The notes: generated by a model not told the origin, from the letters alone. A stretch of 63,576 bases of DNA, filler included, from Phoronis australis (GCA_002633005.1; 7 parts of 7 records of this genome joined end to end with filler, not necessarily neighbours in it), one strand, 5' to 3'. Numbered from the whole stretch's first letter, positions 24,579 to 37,431 are shown. Translations and numbers: made by a program.

Positions 24579-24643
24579 CCCACCACGGCGCCATGGGTCG
24601 AGAGCACCATTTGAGAACACTATGTTCGAAGAGCCAAGAATAT
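24579..24643 (-). CDS. DPP7: DPP7 exon with catalytic Asp
   Basis: (D)ILGSSNIVFSNGALDPWRRGG resembles DPP7 ASNIIFSNGNLDPWAGGG. Confidence 0.93.
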
Positions 24644-25999
24644 CTGCAATGTAAAATACAAGTCTTATTTCCATATTACACACTTAAATCTAAAAAACAC
24701 ATGATTTATTCTGATACGGGGTTTTTACGGATTTTCCACGATAATCGTATTTGATTTTCCACAATTGTTGCCAAGCACAAACGAATAAAGAGTAATTCTC
24801 AAAAAGTTGATAATTTCCAAGCAAAAGTCTCGAAGTAATTTTCAAATGATTTAGTGTCATGTGATTCTTCGTCTATCCGTATTTGGCTATCACCATAACT
24901 TCAATGAAAACTGGTAAATTTTGATGAAGTTCATTGACTTTTTGAAAACTACTGTACGTGAACCCGCAAACGACTCACTCATTAACTAATGCAATTTCAA
25001 TCGAATTTCCTTCCCCATTTTTGTCATTTCTCAATTATCATGGAAAATCAAGTTCCTGCAACCAAATAACCTAATAATATAATGTGATAATATGACGTGA
25101 TAATAATGGGATGATATAACATGATAATTATGTGATTATATAACGTGATAATGACATGACACCATACCATGAAATCTCACCTAATTAGGACACAATATGG
25201 CCGACAATATTTTTTCACATCCATGTTTGAAGGCCGTTTAAATGTGGCAATTATTTTTGTCCGAAATTAACGAGATTTTATGGTGACGCACAAGACACAT
25301 CAAAACATTGATAATGTAAATCCTTAAACTATGCGGACAATACATATATCAACACGACACATTCATGTTTATCTGAGTGCATTAAACACATCAACCAGCT
25401 GAAAAATAAATTTGTCCCAAATGTTCCATTTTCACGTTCATGTGCCGTGCTCATACTATACACGTTGATCTGCTCATACTATTCACAAACAGTACATAAC
25501 TATCACCTTCATGGAATAGAGGAAGTAAACAATTCTCAATGTTTGATACGGACTGTGGTTGGATGGAGGTCATAGGTCATATTTTGTGCTTTTAATAAAC
25601 CCCTGCATTCCTTTCACTATTATTTTATCCGTTAACATTACGTTGGCCACGTTTGACCCACCAAAGCAGCACTCACTACTTCTTGAACACTCTCTCTAAA
25701 AAGAAAGTGAATGAATGACAATCACGTTTACTCCACCAGCTAATAACCCAGGCACTCATTTTGATGACTGAAATGAACGCTGGTTAAATCTTTCTTACAT
25801 CTTGGGAAATATCAATGATAATAGACTATTCCCAAAACAATCATGCAAAACATATTAAAGCCAACACACATGTAATAATCCTAATTATAGTGATAATAAA
25901 TGAGTCTCCCTTGAGTTGCACGCAATGACTAGCATAGTCTATGAAGCCAAATAAGTAAATCGCAATGTCAAATGAAGTTCTCCATCATGTTCTATTTAC

Positions 26000-26156
26000 C
26001 TTTGCCCCACATCTGTATGCCAAACCAGTTCGGTCGTTGAATTACTCCCCAAGTCATGAAGCAATACTTGGACTTCTCCTCAAATGTGAACGACAGTTTG
26101 GGGAACATGTCCGTGACGTTATTACTGCTGTCTGGCAAAGTTATCTCAGTGCAAGC
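26000..26156 (-). CDS. DPP7: DPP7 exon
   Basis: ACTEITLPDSSNNVTDMFPKLSFTFEEKSKYCFMTWGVIQRPNWFGIQMWGK resembles DPP7 ACTEINLTFASNNVTDMFP..YCLDTWGVWPRPDW. Confidence 0.93.
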
Positions 26157-26815
26157 CTGCAACAGATAAACTTTATCTTGGCGTACGTCTACAACAGATC
26201 AACATTATCACAGTGTATGTCGACAGCAGATCAACATCTCAGTACACGTCTACAGCAGATCAACATTATCTCAGTGCTTACCTACAACAGATCAACATTA
26301 TCTCAGTGCATGCCTACAACAGATCAATATTATCTCAGTGCATGCCTAGAACAGATCAACATTATCTAAGTGCATGCCTACAACAGATCAACATTATCTC
26401 AGTGCATGACTATAACAGATCAACGTTATCTCAGTGCATGACTATAACAGAACAACGTTATCTCAGTGCATGAGTACAACAGATCAACGTTATCTCAGTG
26501 CATGAGTACAACAGATCAATATTATCTCAGTGCATGAGTACAACAGATCAACGTTATCTCAGTGCATGAGTACAACAGATCAATATTATCTCAGTGCTTG
26601 AGTACAACCGATCAACGTTATCTCAGTGCACGCCTACAGCAGATCAACGTTATCTTGGTTTACGCATAATTATGTCTACAACAGGCCAACGTTATCTCGG
26701 TACATGCCTAAAACAGACCATTTTCTTTCCTACTGGTGCATGTCTACAACAGACCAACGTTATCTCAACACATGCCTACAACAGATCAACATTATCTCGG
26801 TTTATGCCTACAACA
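26141..26815. repeat. 32-bp minisatellite derived from the DPP7 intron/exon acceptor junction
   Basis: About 21 copies of TTATCTCAGTGCATGCCTACAACAGATCAACA; the first copy spans the true acceptor at 26156/26157. Confidence 0.9.
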
Positions 26816-26932
26816 AATTAATGTTTCATAAAAAATTAAATTCATGTAAATACCTTACACGTGTGCACTTCATAAGCAAAGATGCTTAGTACATATCTTG
26901 TAAGGCAGGAAATACGTTCAAACTAAATGTCT

Positions 26933-28034
26933 AACAAGAGCAACGCGGAGCGTTGAAATGCGCCCACAATTGCACCGCATACGGTATCCTTCTAGGGTTG
27001 TTTATTATTTGGTACCATAAAGTGGCCAGTAGAGGGCATGCTTTGCAAAATGGAAAGGCATGGTCATTGTCTCCTCAATAGGCTAGGGGCAAAATGTGAG
27101 TAATCTTCATAATACAAGCACATCCTATACACCAGTTGCTTAAAGCACCACAGAAACATAGAATTAAAAACAAATTTACCAACATACGAGATTAGCACAG
27201 CATTAGAATGCCAGAAACAAATTTCTACTTGGAACTTTTCCTTCACAGTCACGAAGTAACACAAAGTATACACCTGAAGACCTATGAAAATACAGAGGTC
27301 AATGTAAAATACTAAAATTGCCACTAGAGGCAAATACTAAAATTGCCACTAGAGGCATACCGGTAATCAGAATCATCCTAAAGTCGTCATCGTCCGTTGT
27401 CAACATCACATAAATACACTTGCTAAATTTAGTAAAGATCCTGCAAACGGTTTGGGAGATACAGCCATGGGCGCAAAAAAACAAAACTGCCACTAGGAGG
27501 CGCCACAGTAGTCCAAATCGTCTGAAAATCATTGTCAGCTGTCTTCCTTATAGTAAGCACATACACGCCAATTTTCACAATCATCCTTTGAGCGGTTTGG
27601 TTGATAGAGGGGTGGACGCAAAAATACAGACTCGAAAACAGTAAAAATGGCCACTAGGTGGCGCAAACTACGTCGAATCCATCTGAAAACAGTAGGATAG
27701 CGTCATCTCACTAATAGGTGCCTACATACCAAATTTCATGAAAATCCGTTCAATACTTTTGAAGATACAAAGGTAAGCGTAAAAAACTAAAATTGCCACT
27801 AGGGGGCACACCGGTAGTCGGATCCGTCCGAAAGTTCGCACATGCCGTCCCATTCATGAACGGAACATATGTGCCAAATTTCATGAACGTATGTCAAAGG
27901 GTTTTGGAGATAGAGCAGTGGACGCCAGACGCCGGACGGACGCCGCCCGGACGGACGGACGGACGGACGGACGGACGGACGGACAGAGATGACGGCATAA
28001 TGCGTCCACATATAAATATGTGGGCGCATAAAAA
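26933..28034 (-). mobile_element. Full-length HINE/DINE-1-like non-autonomous Helentron
   Basis: In element sense: T-tract, subterminal inverted repeat (subTIR) ATGCGCCCAC plus inverted partner, (GTCC)n, ~150-bp central repeats, 3' subTIR GTGGGCGCAT, stem-loop CAACGC-TCC-GCGTTG, CTCTTGTT end. Confidence 0.82.
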
Positions 28035-28487
28035 GCAGTTGCACTGAGCAAAACCAAGTAATAACAATTAAGGCACAACCTGAAAACTTGCTTATTCTCG
28101 CTGAGCTATGCCAAAGCAGGGTACACGATACGAACAGCTATCAGTGACGAAAAAATCGTCTCGGGCACACTGGCCTTAAGATTAAGTAGACTAATTAGAA
28201 CACTGAGAGGGCAGATTAATCTAACTTTGAGAACCCTTTTGAATGCCATCATTCAGTCGAGAAAACTGTGTAACACCTATAAGTGACTAGTATCACAGCT
28301 TCACAGTATAAAAATCACCATCACGTTGCACTGAGCAATAGGTGAACAATTAATTTTAAGTCCATGTTTCCTGCACCAACAACAAACATGGCTGTCAGCA
28401 GATGAGGATGTATAGTAGGCTGGTTCCATGCCCAAAAACTAGGTGGTGCTACTTCTACCACACATCAAGTGTTTCATGGTTTCAGAC

Positions 28488-28612
28488 CTGGTAGTCCCAT
28501 GCTTTACTGTTAGCTCCAACGCCACAACCAGTGGGATCAGCACACTCCACGTAATCCTGGTAGATGTCGTTACATGTCTTGTGAACTGCGGTACTCCCAT
28601 TGTAATACATAC
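28488..28612 (-). CDS. DPP7: DPP7 exon
   Basis: MYYNGSTAVHKTCNDIYQDYVECADPTGCGVGANSKAWDYQ; CADPTGCG..AWDYQ is characteristic of DPP7 rather than PRCP. Confidence 0.95.
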
Positions 28613-29631
28613 CTAAAGCAACAAAACAGGCCTAGTTTAGCAAAGCAGGCACGCTTTGCCTTTATCCTCACTTCGCCTGCCAACACAGACAGCTTCGTGT
28701 AGAATAAACTTCAGTAAGTTTCCTTATTTAACTGACAACTAATACCTCATTTGGAAACATACATGGAGTTGAGGATTGCCTGTTAGTAACCTATGATTTT
28801 GCATTTTATAAATGTTTCATAGAATATATAAAACATGGATTGTTTGTTGTTTTGGTGATATTCTGTATTCAAACACCTACTCAAGACTGTAACTAATTCT
28901 TAACATCTTTATTAAGAAAATATTTAAGTGTTTGGTCCATAGGACAAGGTTTGTGTCACTGCTGCATGTTTGCTACAAACTAACACTGGTGCAGAATATG
29001 TGAAGAGCAATAACTTGCTGAGGTGCTCTCATTGCCGAGTGGCATATAAGTGACTGTCACATGTCACATTTAAAATAACAGCGTCATTTTTACAATAAAT
29101 CACGATTCAGAATCATCTAAGTAACCTAATGAGACCTTCTACATTAGATTCACTTTCCGCTGGGACAATGTCATGATTATGTCTTAAAAATTTTTTTTGT
29201 TAAAATCTCACAAAATTTCGGACAGAAATAATTGCCAAAATTGCCCCTTAACATTTTCAAAGGCTTCCAAGATTGTTGAGAATGCCCACGACTTCTCATA
29301 ACAGTGTCTGATAGTAGCTATGGTACAGAACTTGAACATGGTAAAGCATTAATTCGATGCTAAATATCTTTTATGAAAAAATGAGCAAGTAAAATTCCAC
29401 TTGTCTGCCATATTGTGTCCTAAATTAGTTAGATTCTAACAGTATTTTTATGATACACAACAGTCGGGAAAGCTCAGATGTGATCACCTAAGCCATGTCA
29501 TGATACATTTTAATGTTTCGTGTTTAAAGACCATGAATAATTTTTAGAAACTGAGGAACAATAAAAAGATATCGGGGATTAGTGCAGCTACATGTAGTAA
29601 ACATTACAACGGCTTAGTTTATACCACTTAC

Positions 29632-29692
29632 TTATTGCTTCTAGTATTCCTTCGATAACATTGGGGCTGTTCATGACTTTCTTACAAGCAGC
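29632..29692 (-). CDS. DPP7: DPP7 exon
   Basis: TAG/GTAAGT; AACKKVMNSPNVIEGILEAI; phase 0-1 bridges the flanking exons; equivalent to DPP7 [20 protein letters not shown]. Confidence 0.82.
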
Positions 29693-30104
29693 CTACAAAT
29701 ACAAACAAGCTGATACGATGAAATAACAAACAAGTAAAATCTTATTGCCACAAAATTTAACCAGTAAAGCGCAGGTTGCACAGAATTCTATTTTGAACAA
29801 CTGTAAAGGGGAAATAGTTACGTAAAAATGTGTCTTGTGAGTACAAACATGTTTCCTTACCATCAACACGGATGTCATGAGAGCGAAATATGAAGTGGGT
29901 TGACGTATCTCTCTGTAATTATCATACGTAATCAGCATGCTACATGTACACGTCATTCTTAAGCACAGATTACATAGAACTCATAAGTTTCTAGTAGTCT
30001 GTTGTGTAGCACAAGAAACTGCAACACTGCAGATCAAAACGTAGTCATCACTTTATAAGAGTACTGTAGCAGCTGCATAACATTAATATGCAAGCTTAAC
30101 TTTG

Positions 30105-30305
30105 TAGGAAGGCTCCTTTCTTTGACTGTGGTCAAAGGTCATGGGATACAAGCAGACGACGGGCAAGGATGAGTGTGCCTCTTAACGCTCCCATTTTGTC
30201 AAGTTAGAAGTGTCTTTTGCAGGAACTTCACGCCGTCTGCTTGTATGCCATGACTTTTAACCTCATGACCTTTGACCACATGGCCAAGGAAAGGAGCCTT
30301 CCCTA
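30105..30305. mobile_element. Small MITE with long imperfect TIRs
   Basis: GGAAGGCTCCTTTC..GTGGTCAAAGGTCATG versus CATGACCTTTGACCAC..GAAAGGAGCCTTCC, with TA at the flanks. Confidence 0.65.
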
Positions 30306-30344
30306 CCTGGCATCTGCATATTCTAAAATCTATATACTTCTCAC

Positions 30345-30505
30345 CTTGACGGGATAACTATCTTCAAAGAATGTTGTTGGATACGGGTAGTCGAACATGG
30401 CCAAGTATACAAAGGCATTTCTGACCCAGCCCAACAGGTGTCTGTACTGGTCGTCCGTGGAGACCACATTACACAAACGTAGAGAGCTGGAAAGTTTTCT
30501 CAGAC
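30345..30505 (-). CDS. DPP7: DPP7 exon
   Basis: GLRKLSSSLRLCNVVSTDDQYRHLLGWVRNAFVYLAMFDYPYPTTFFEDSYPVK matches the S28 RNAF..LAM.DYPYPT.F motif. Confidence 0.93.
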
Positions 30506-32004
30506 CTAAAATAATATTTTTACAGTCAATCAACACATCTAAGCAACCAAAGTCTTAAAATGCAAAATAACATTTTCTTTAATTTGCTTTAGGGTTAGCT
30601 CACAGTAACATGTCATCAATTTCGAACAAATTACCAAAATTAACCTTTTTTCATTTCTAAAGATTCTAAAACTGTTGTGAATGCTCATAATTTCACAAAA
30701 CATTGTCTGGTGGTAGTTACGTGTATGACACAGGACTATCTAATGAAAAAAATATTCATTTACTCCTACGCACATTTTCAAAAAACATCAAAAAACAAAA
30801 TTTCAATTTTCCGCCATTTCCGAAATTTGTGAGATTTTACGGAAATCAATTACTCACAACACCCATGAAGTTAAAAATTGCATAGAAGAAAATTCCTTAA
30901 AATGAAATTACAGTTAAATACAAAAGAGATGGGGAAAAACGTTAATAATCAATTCAGTTTTGTTAAACCACTAGAGAATGCATATGGCAAGATGCCATTC
31001 ATCGGGCGTATACGCCAAAGAAGTGTTGTGCAAATGGAATTAGGTGATTATTCACTTATTTAGCACACAAGATGGCCGATAAGGCAATTTCTATTTTGCC
31101 GAATTTCAACACATAACATGGCTTGTGTCGTGAAGATGCCGTAAAACAACACACGGTGAAGCTTGTACTACTTATGTCAAAGTCATACACAGTCTTNTTG
31201 TACTACTTATGTCAAAGTCATACACAGTCTTGGTAATTATTTTTGTGCAAACTAAAAGGAGAAATACTGGACATTAAAAGTGAATGAGTGAACACATTAT
31301 TTATTAAGTTATAAGCAGCATAGTTATACAAATTATGGAGTAATCGTACAGTGGGGAAAACTGCGATGTCTTGGTGGTCTAATTGTCCTCTATGACTATT
31401 TTGTTAATAATTGACAATTAGTATTAATATGTAGAACTCTAGAAAAAAGCCTAGTCAGTAAGTTGATCTGACTCATAAGAGACTTTCACATTAACTAACT
31501 TTGGGCAATTTTCTCCAAAACGCCGATAGGGATAATCAGTTTTTAAAATGTTCCCTTTTGCATGAGGGACATTTGCATTTTGATTTTTGTGAAAAAAATC
31601 TAAATTGCAAACAAGGAAACTGATATGATAACTAAGAAAATTGTGACAGCATTTTTGAGGTTTTATCGCTAAAATTTGTCTTTAAAAATGGTCCCATCAT
31701 TGCTGTAGAATGCGGCCAACATATCCGAAAATGGGAAGGCATGGCCATCTCTATAACAACATTTGCAAAATTTCATGAAAGAAACATCAAAGAAGTCCAA
31801 AGAATCTGATATAAAAGAATTGCCATAAGGGGGCATACTCAAGTATTTGAATCCGTACACGTGGTAACTTTCAAAAAGATCCGTAACATAGTGGGCAGCT
31901 GTTGTCACACTTTTGGAAAAAAACATCAAAATTTCACAAAAATTCTGCAACAGAATCAGGAGCAAGAGCCGTGGACACGAAAAAGTCAAAATCACCATCA
32001 GGGG

Positions 32005-32104
32005 NNNNNNNNNNNNNNNNNNNNNNNNNNNNNNNNNNNNNNNNNNNNTTAATTAATTAANNNNNNNNNNNNNNNNNNNNNNNNNNNNNNNNNNNNNNNN
32101 NNNN
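32005..32104. other. Artificial contig linker
   Basis: 44N-TTAATTAATTAA-44N. Confidence 0.95.
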
Positions 32105-32544
32105 CGGCCATAACATACAGTGATACGGCGGGTTAATAAGGTGAAGAATAAGAAGATTTAAGATGAAAACTATTATCTCTCAACTGAAATTGAAGTGGGC
32201 TGAGATACGGTAAGAGGACTTATTTTTTAGATTTGCTGTGTTTCTTGGTTCCCTTTCGATATTTTGTTCTCTGGCTCGTATTTATTTTCGAGTACGATTT
32301 CAAACACACTGCCATAGCAAACTTGAAATTTGAGCATAGACTCCGAATTTTTACTCAAAATCGTACTCGAAATATAGATGAGATACACTTCAGTTCGAGT
32401 ACACTCGAAAACTTAGTACGTGCTCGAAATTTCGAGTACAGAATTTTCGAGTATGACATTGGATACACCAAAGCTGAGTCTGTACTCGAGTTGAGTATGA
32501 AGTGTGAGTTTGAGCATGATTCGAGTCTGAGTACGGAGATTGGA

Positions 32545-32800
32545 GACCGGGCCCAGGTCCCATTTAGCCAGCCAGCTAGCTGTGCATAACTATACTAAGA
32601 CTAGGTCCCACCGGCCAGCTAGTTGTGTGCTACTATACCACGAGAAGGTCCTACGTGGCCAGATAGCTGTGAATAAATATATCAAGACCAGGTCCCATGT
32701 AGCCAGCCAGCCAGCTAGCTGTGTACAACTGTACCAAGACCAGGTCCCATGTAGCCAGCCAGCTAGCTAGCTGTGCATAAATATACCAAGGCAAGGTCTC
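32545..32800. repeat. ~50-bp minisatellite (CCAAGACCAGGTCCCATGTAGCCAGCCAGCTAGCTGTG..)
   Basis: About five degenerate tandem copies. Confidence 0.7.
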
Positions 32801-32932
32801 ATGATGTGTACCAAACTATCATCTTTTAATAAGACTTAACCCATCAGAATTTGTGATGTAAATGTCAGCTGAGTCAGTAAACATGACATAAATAACTGTA
32901 GACTGCTAGAGCCATGTTCTGTTGTTGCTCAC

Positions 32933-33044
32933 CAGATAGGGCAGCGAATGGGTTGCCTGTGATACCTTCTTGGGCAGCATTCATCATAGGCTCTTGCACA
33001 TCCTGGTATACACGGCGAAGAGCGTTGAAACCACCAGGGATACT
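32933..33044 (-). CDS. UBQLN1: Ubiquilin exon (end of STI1 region)
   Basis: [37 protein letters not shown] resembles ubiquilin [42 protein letters not shown] donor. Confidence 0.9.
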
Positions 33045-33531
33045 CTGAAGATAATCAACATACAGTACAGCACGAACATGAAACATTTCTAATATGGTGT
33101 ATAAACCTGATTTCACCTTACGCTGTTAAGCTGGCAAAAAAAACAGAGATTGACTAAATAGGTCATTTGACTAAATAGGTCATTTGTCGTCATAAAACTG
33201 GTCTAATAACATTCCGTCAGAATAAATATTGATTAAGTAATTAGTAAGAATAGATCCATTTTAAGTTGCCCAAAATTTGTGCATATGTACTTTTAAATCA
33301 TGGAGTCAAACTTCTTGACATGTATTTTAACGTCAAAATCTATTTTAGATGGTGTTTACAACTTTGGTTCTGGGGTCACAGCACTCTAGAGATTCTAGAA
33401 ATTTCTGAGAACAAATCGTAACAGCCAATGATGTGATTGGATATGATCATGTGGTTTTTATTAACTAATCGCTAAATAAGTAGATTATAACTTGGGCTGA
33501 AATTAAGAGGATATTCAGATGAGCTATAGTA

Positions 33532-34033
33532 CAGGGCTTGGAATGACCAATGACAAAAAACGCGGAAACTTTTACGGCCCAAATCCGATAACCAGCCTTG
33601 AAATGGTCAATGTGAATCTTTCCCCGACAAAAATCGGGAGGACTAAAAAAAAAAAAGGTTACCAACATCAGAAGCATGCGTCTGCGTCCTTTTAGCTCGC
33701 CCGTCCACTCCCCAACCCACACATTTTTGGCTGCAGAGCGGCAGTATTTGTCGCCGCGCTTAACAATAACACGAGACACCATTGAAAATCACACCACGCT
33801 GTCCCAGATGCCCCGGCAATGTTGACAATTTACGTTCCTCCAAAACATAAAGAGCAACGGCAACTTCCGCTTTTCGAGGTGAACGTCGTCTGCAACGCCG
33901 CGGTAAGAAAGGAATTTGCCGCGGAAATTTTATATCAAATCCGATTTTTTTACGCGGAAATATTATTAAAAAAGCGGAAAGCACATTTGAAAAAAGCGGA
34001 AATCCGCGTTTCCGCGGAAAATTCCAAGCCCTG
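33532..34033. mobile_element. hAT-like MITE, 13-bp perfect TIR, 6-bp TSD
   Basis: CAGGGCTTGGAAT...ATTCCAAGCCCTG, flanked by ATAGTA on both sides. Confidence 0.8.
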
Positions 34034-35163
34034 ATAGTAGTTGAAGCATAAAGACTTGCTACAGTGTACAGAGGAAATTGTACAACAGAGCCATCTCGTG
34101 GAAGATTCTAGAGAGGATCTTGGCAAGAGCAAGGGTTAACGAATATGAAGTTAACTAGAGCTTGTCACTTGCATCGTGGGTAGTAAGATACTGCCTGAAG
34201 TGTTGAGTCACCAGAGACTGTGACCAGCAAGAGAAATCGCAGTTAGAAGATACTGCTTACAAGTGTTGCGTTATGAGGAACTGTGACCAGCAAGTACACT
34301 GTCGCAATACAGTGTTTATAGTTCGAAGATTCACCAACAGGACTGTCATTCAACAAGCCGGGAGTCCTACAGCTTGGATAGCGGATAAGACATCTGATTA
34401 TTTTGGCTGACTGATTAAAGTAAGCTCTACAGAGGGTGCTAGCATAGTTACTCTTCTTTGTAGTTGATTACTTAATTAACAACAGGTTTCACTAGTCTAA
34501 TTAGGGGTTATCATATAATAAAATAATTTGATTTGATTATTCACTCTCCATCTACGCACAATCTCTACCTTTTAAACAAACCCACATTCAATCTCTGACA
34601 CATTCCTCATTATCATACCATTCTATTGCAGTTACCAATAAGCACACCAAATACATCAGCAAAGCTCTCAAGAAAATTCACCAACAATAAAATGTGGATT
34701 CGCAACTGGGCGCAGGTATACATCGGCTGCCACTTGCGCTGGTAATGGAAATAAAATCCTACCATGCTAAAAACATTACGAGACCAAGTTATGAGAGTAA
34801 TAGGCCCAAATTGATTTTTATTTTTAACCAGCTAAACTGGTCAAAATGCAACTTTAATATAACATGCACTATTGTTTAACATATCAGCAAGTAATGCTCA
34901 AGATATCAACGATGATTTAGCAAGCAATATTTTCAATTCAAGCAGTCCGTGACCATAGCTGACTATTATCACAGTATTAACAGTGTAATCAAGACAGGGG
35001 GAGATAATGGGACCATGTAGCAATATACATACAACACGACTGATGTGACAACACAGGTCATGTTTGTATAACTACTGTGGAGCACAATACTTTAATAACC
35101 ACACTATCAACACAGGTCATGTTTGTATAACTACTGTTGAGCACAATACTTTAATAATCACAC

Positions 35164-35772
35164 CAGACCTGTGTACCACCCAAACTGCATTGGAGTACTC
35201 TGAACGCCAGATTTTCAGGTTTTTCTGTAATACGACTTGCACTATAAATTCCACGGTCCCTTGAATAAGACATTGTCATTCTTTGGAATAACGTCGCAAA
35301 AACAAATGTTCCCTTCTTTCAGAAGCTACTTTCTTCACAGATCGGAGTATGCGACCACACGTGCTTTGCCATTTTGTCAACAGTACGTATTTAGCCGTAA
35401 ACAGCCGGAATAAGACGAAGTAAGCAATCCACAAATCACAGATGTTGCTTATAGGTTAGGCCTGTGAAACACATGCCAATAGAAGAAACCTCGCGATTCG
35501 CCGATTATCAGGCTATTTCGAGAATGAAACGAAGGAAGTTTTCCGAGTTTGTAGCTCAACTTTTTGGATAAAATACTGATTTTACAATAATTTTTCATTT
35601 CTGACTTTAAATCTCCTTCGTCTGTTTAGACTACAAATCTGTGAGAAGCAAGCGAATTCATAATCTTTTGAATGTGCTGAATTTGCGTATTTTGCCTGGC
35701 CGTGCGTACTTGCGTACTGGAGGCTTGATTTACGTACCAATCTGCATTTTTTGCGTGTGGTACACAGGTCTG
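35164..35772. mobile_element. hAT-like MITE, 16-bp perfect TIR
   Basis: CAGACCTGTGTACCAC...GTGGTACACAGGTCTG; flanks TCACAC/TCATAC (6 bp, one mismatch). Confidence 0.75.
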
Positions 35773-35856
35773 TCATACTATCAACAAAGGTTATTCTTCT
35801 ATGACTACTGTTAGCATAAGACAACATTTTAACATGGGTATCAACAACAAACCTAC

Positions 35857-35985
35857 CTCCAGATTGCTGAGAGCTCTGTCCTGTGACCTCATTAACTCCT
35901 GCACCATAGCGGGATTACGCACAAGTTCCATCGTCTGACGCATCAACTCGGGATTGTTTAACACGTGAGTTATCTCAGGATTTCG
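35857..35985 (-). CDS. UBQLN1: Ubiquilin exon (STI1 motifs)
   Basis: [43 protein letters not shown]; CAG/GTAGG; 129 nt. Confidence 0.95.
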
Positions 35986-36274
35986 CTGTAACACACCAGT
36001 AATATTGGATAGAGGTTATTTGAAGGATCAGGGTTTTCTGATTATGCTTAATACATCGGTAACATCAATTTGTTTAACATTCAAGTAATCTCATTTCTTC
36101 AAGGTTGTTTAACAGACAGGTGATCTCCAGGATACATTACAATACTGAAACATTTATATACAAACTCCAGACCAGAGCTGCTTAACAATGACCAGTTAGG
36201 GCACTTACTCACATCATCCTGTTTGATGAAAGGGGAACTTTTTGGATAGGAAGAAACTCATCTCCTCCAGTCAT

Positions 36275-36662
36275 CTGTGTGAGTTATCTGATGGTCTATG
36301 TGAGCTATCTGAGGGTCTGTAAGAGTTATCTGAGGGTCTGTGTGAGCTATCTAAGGGTCTGTGTGAGTTATCTAAGGGTCTGTGTGAGTTATCTGATGAT
36401 CTGTGCAAGTCATCTGATGATCTGTGTGGGTTATCTGAGGGTCTGTGAGAGTCATCTAAGGGTCTGTGTGAGTCATCTGAAGGTCTGTGCGAGTTATCTC
36501 AGGATCTGTGTGAGTCATCTGAGGGTGTGTGTGTGTGTCATCTGAAGGTCTGTACGGTCATCTAAGGGCCTGTGAGTGTCACCTGAGAGTCTGCGTGAGC
36601 TATATGAGGATCTGTTAGAGTTATCTGAGGGTATGTGAGAGTTATCTGAGGGACAGTGTGAG
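36275..36662. repeat. 21-bp minisatellite (TCTGTGTGAGTTATCTGAGGG)
   Basis: About 18 tandem copies in a ubiquilin intron. Confidence 0.85.
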
Positions 36663-36858
36663 ATTCTAGCCTTGAGCCCAATCATTGGATTTCCATGATC
36701 TTTACATATTTTTCAGCGGGAAATGGGGCCCGATATTCCAACTCAAAATCGAGACATCGAGGGCCCTGCTCCTATGAACCTGCCTGGTTCATTGTAAATG
36801 AAGGTTTTCTTAATTCAATATTCTAAGCAGCACTTGATGCACGTGAGTCTTTTCACAC

Positions 36859-36984
36859 CTCCATCAGTTCCCTCATCTGGGGGTTGCTTGTGATAAGGTT
36901 CCTCATGACCTCGGGGTTGGACATCATCTGCTGTACAAACGGGTTGTCCATCATTTGCCGTAACATATCTGGGTTCTGCATCAT
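36859..36984 (-). CDS. UBQLN1: Ubiquilin exon (STI1 motifs)
   Basis: MMQNPDMLRQMMDNPFVQQMMSNPEVMRNLITSNPQMRELME; 126 nt, phase 0-0. Confidence 0.93.
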
Positions 36985-37431
36985 CTGGTCACAAATAAAA
37001 CAAATAAGAACGTGACGCCTCACAAAGAATGGAAAAATATTGTTAGTTACTGGCTTAGCCACAAGGAGGCACAACAAGGCCATTGCCCAACTGCTCATTG
37101 CAAAAACATCCTCCCTTCTCCTAGTCAAAACATTTGACCTCCTCTGTTTACTTGATTGCCACAAGATTTCAACTTCTGTACCCCCCCCCCCCCACCCTTG
37201 GGTGCCAACTATGTCACTTTGGCCCCATCTGTTGAATACTTGTGCCTAAGCCAGTACAGACACATGTGCCTAAGCCAGTACAGACAGCACATCATTTCTC
37301 AGCTCTATCTAAAGCAATAGTTCAAGGAACTCAATGTATAATCAGATAGAACATCATTTATCAACACTGCAGAAGCCAGTAATTCTGTCAGAACAGTCCA
37401 TCTCGGCACTCTGTAAATTAGAACTATTAGN

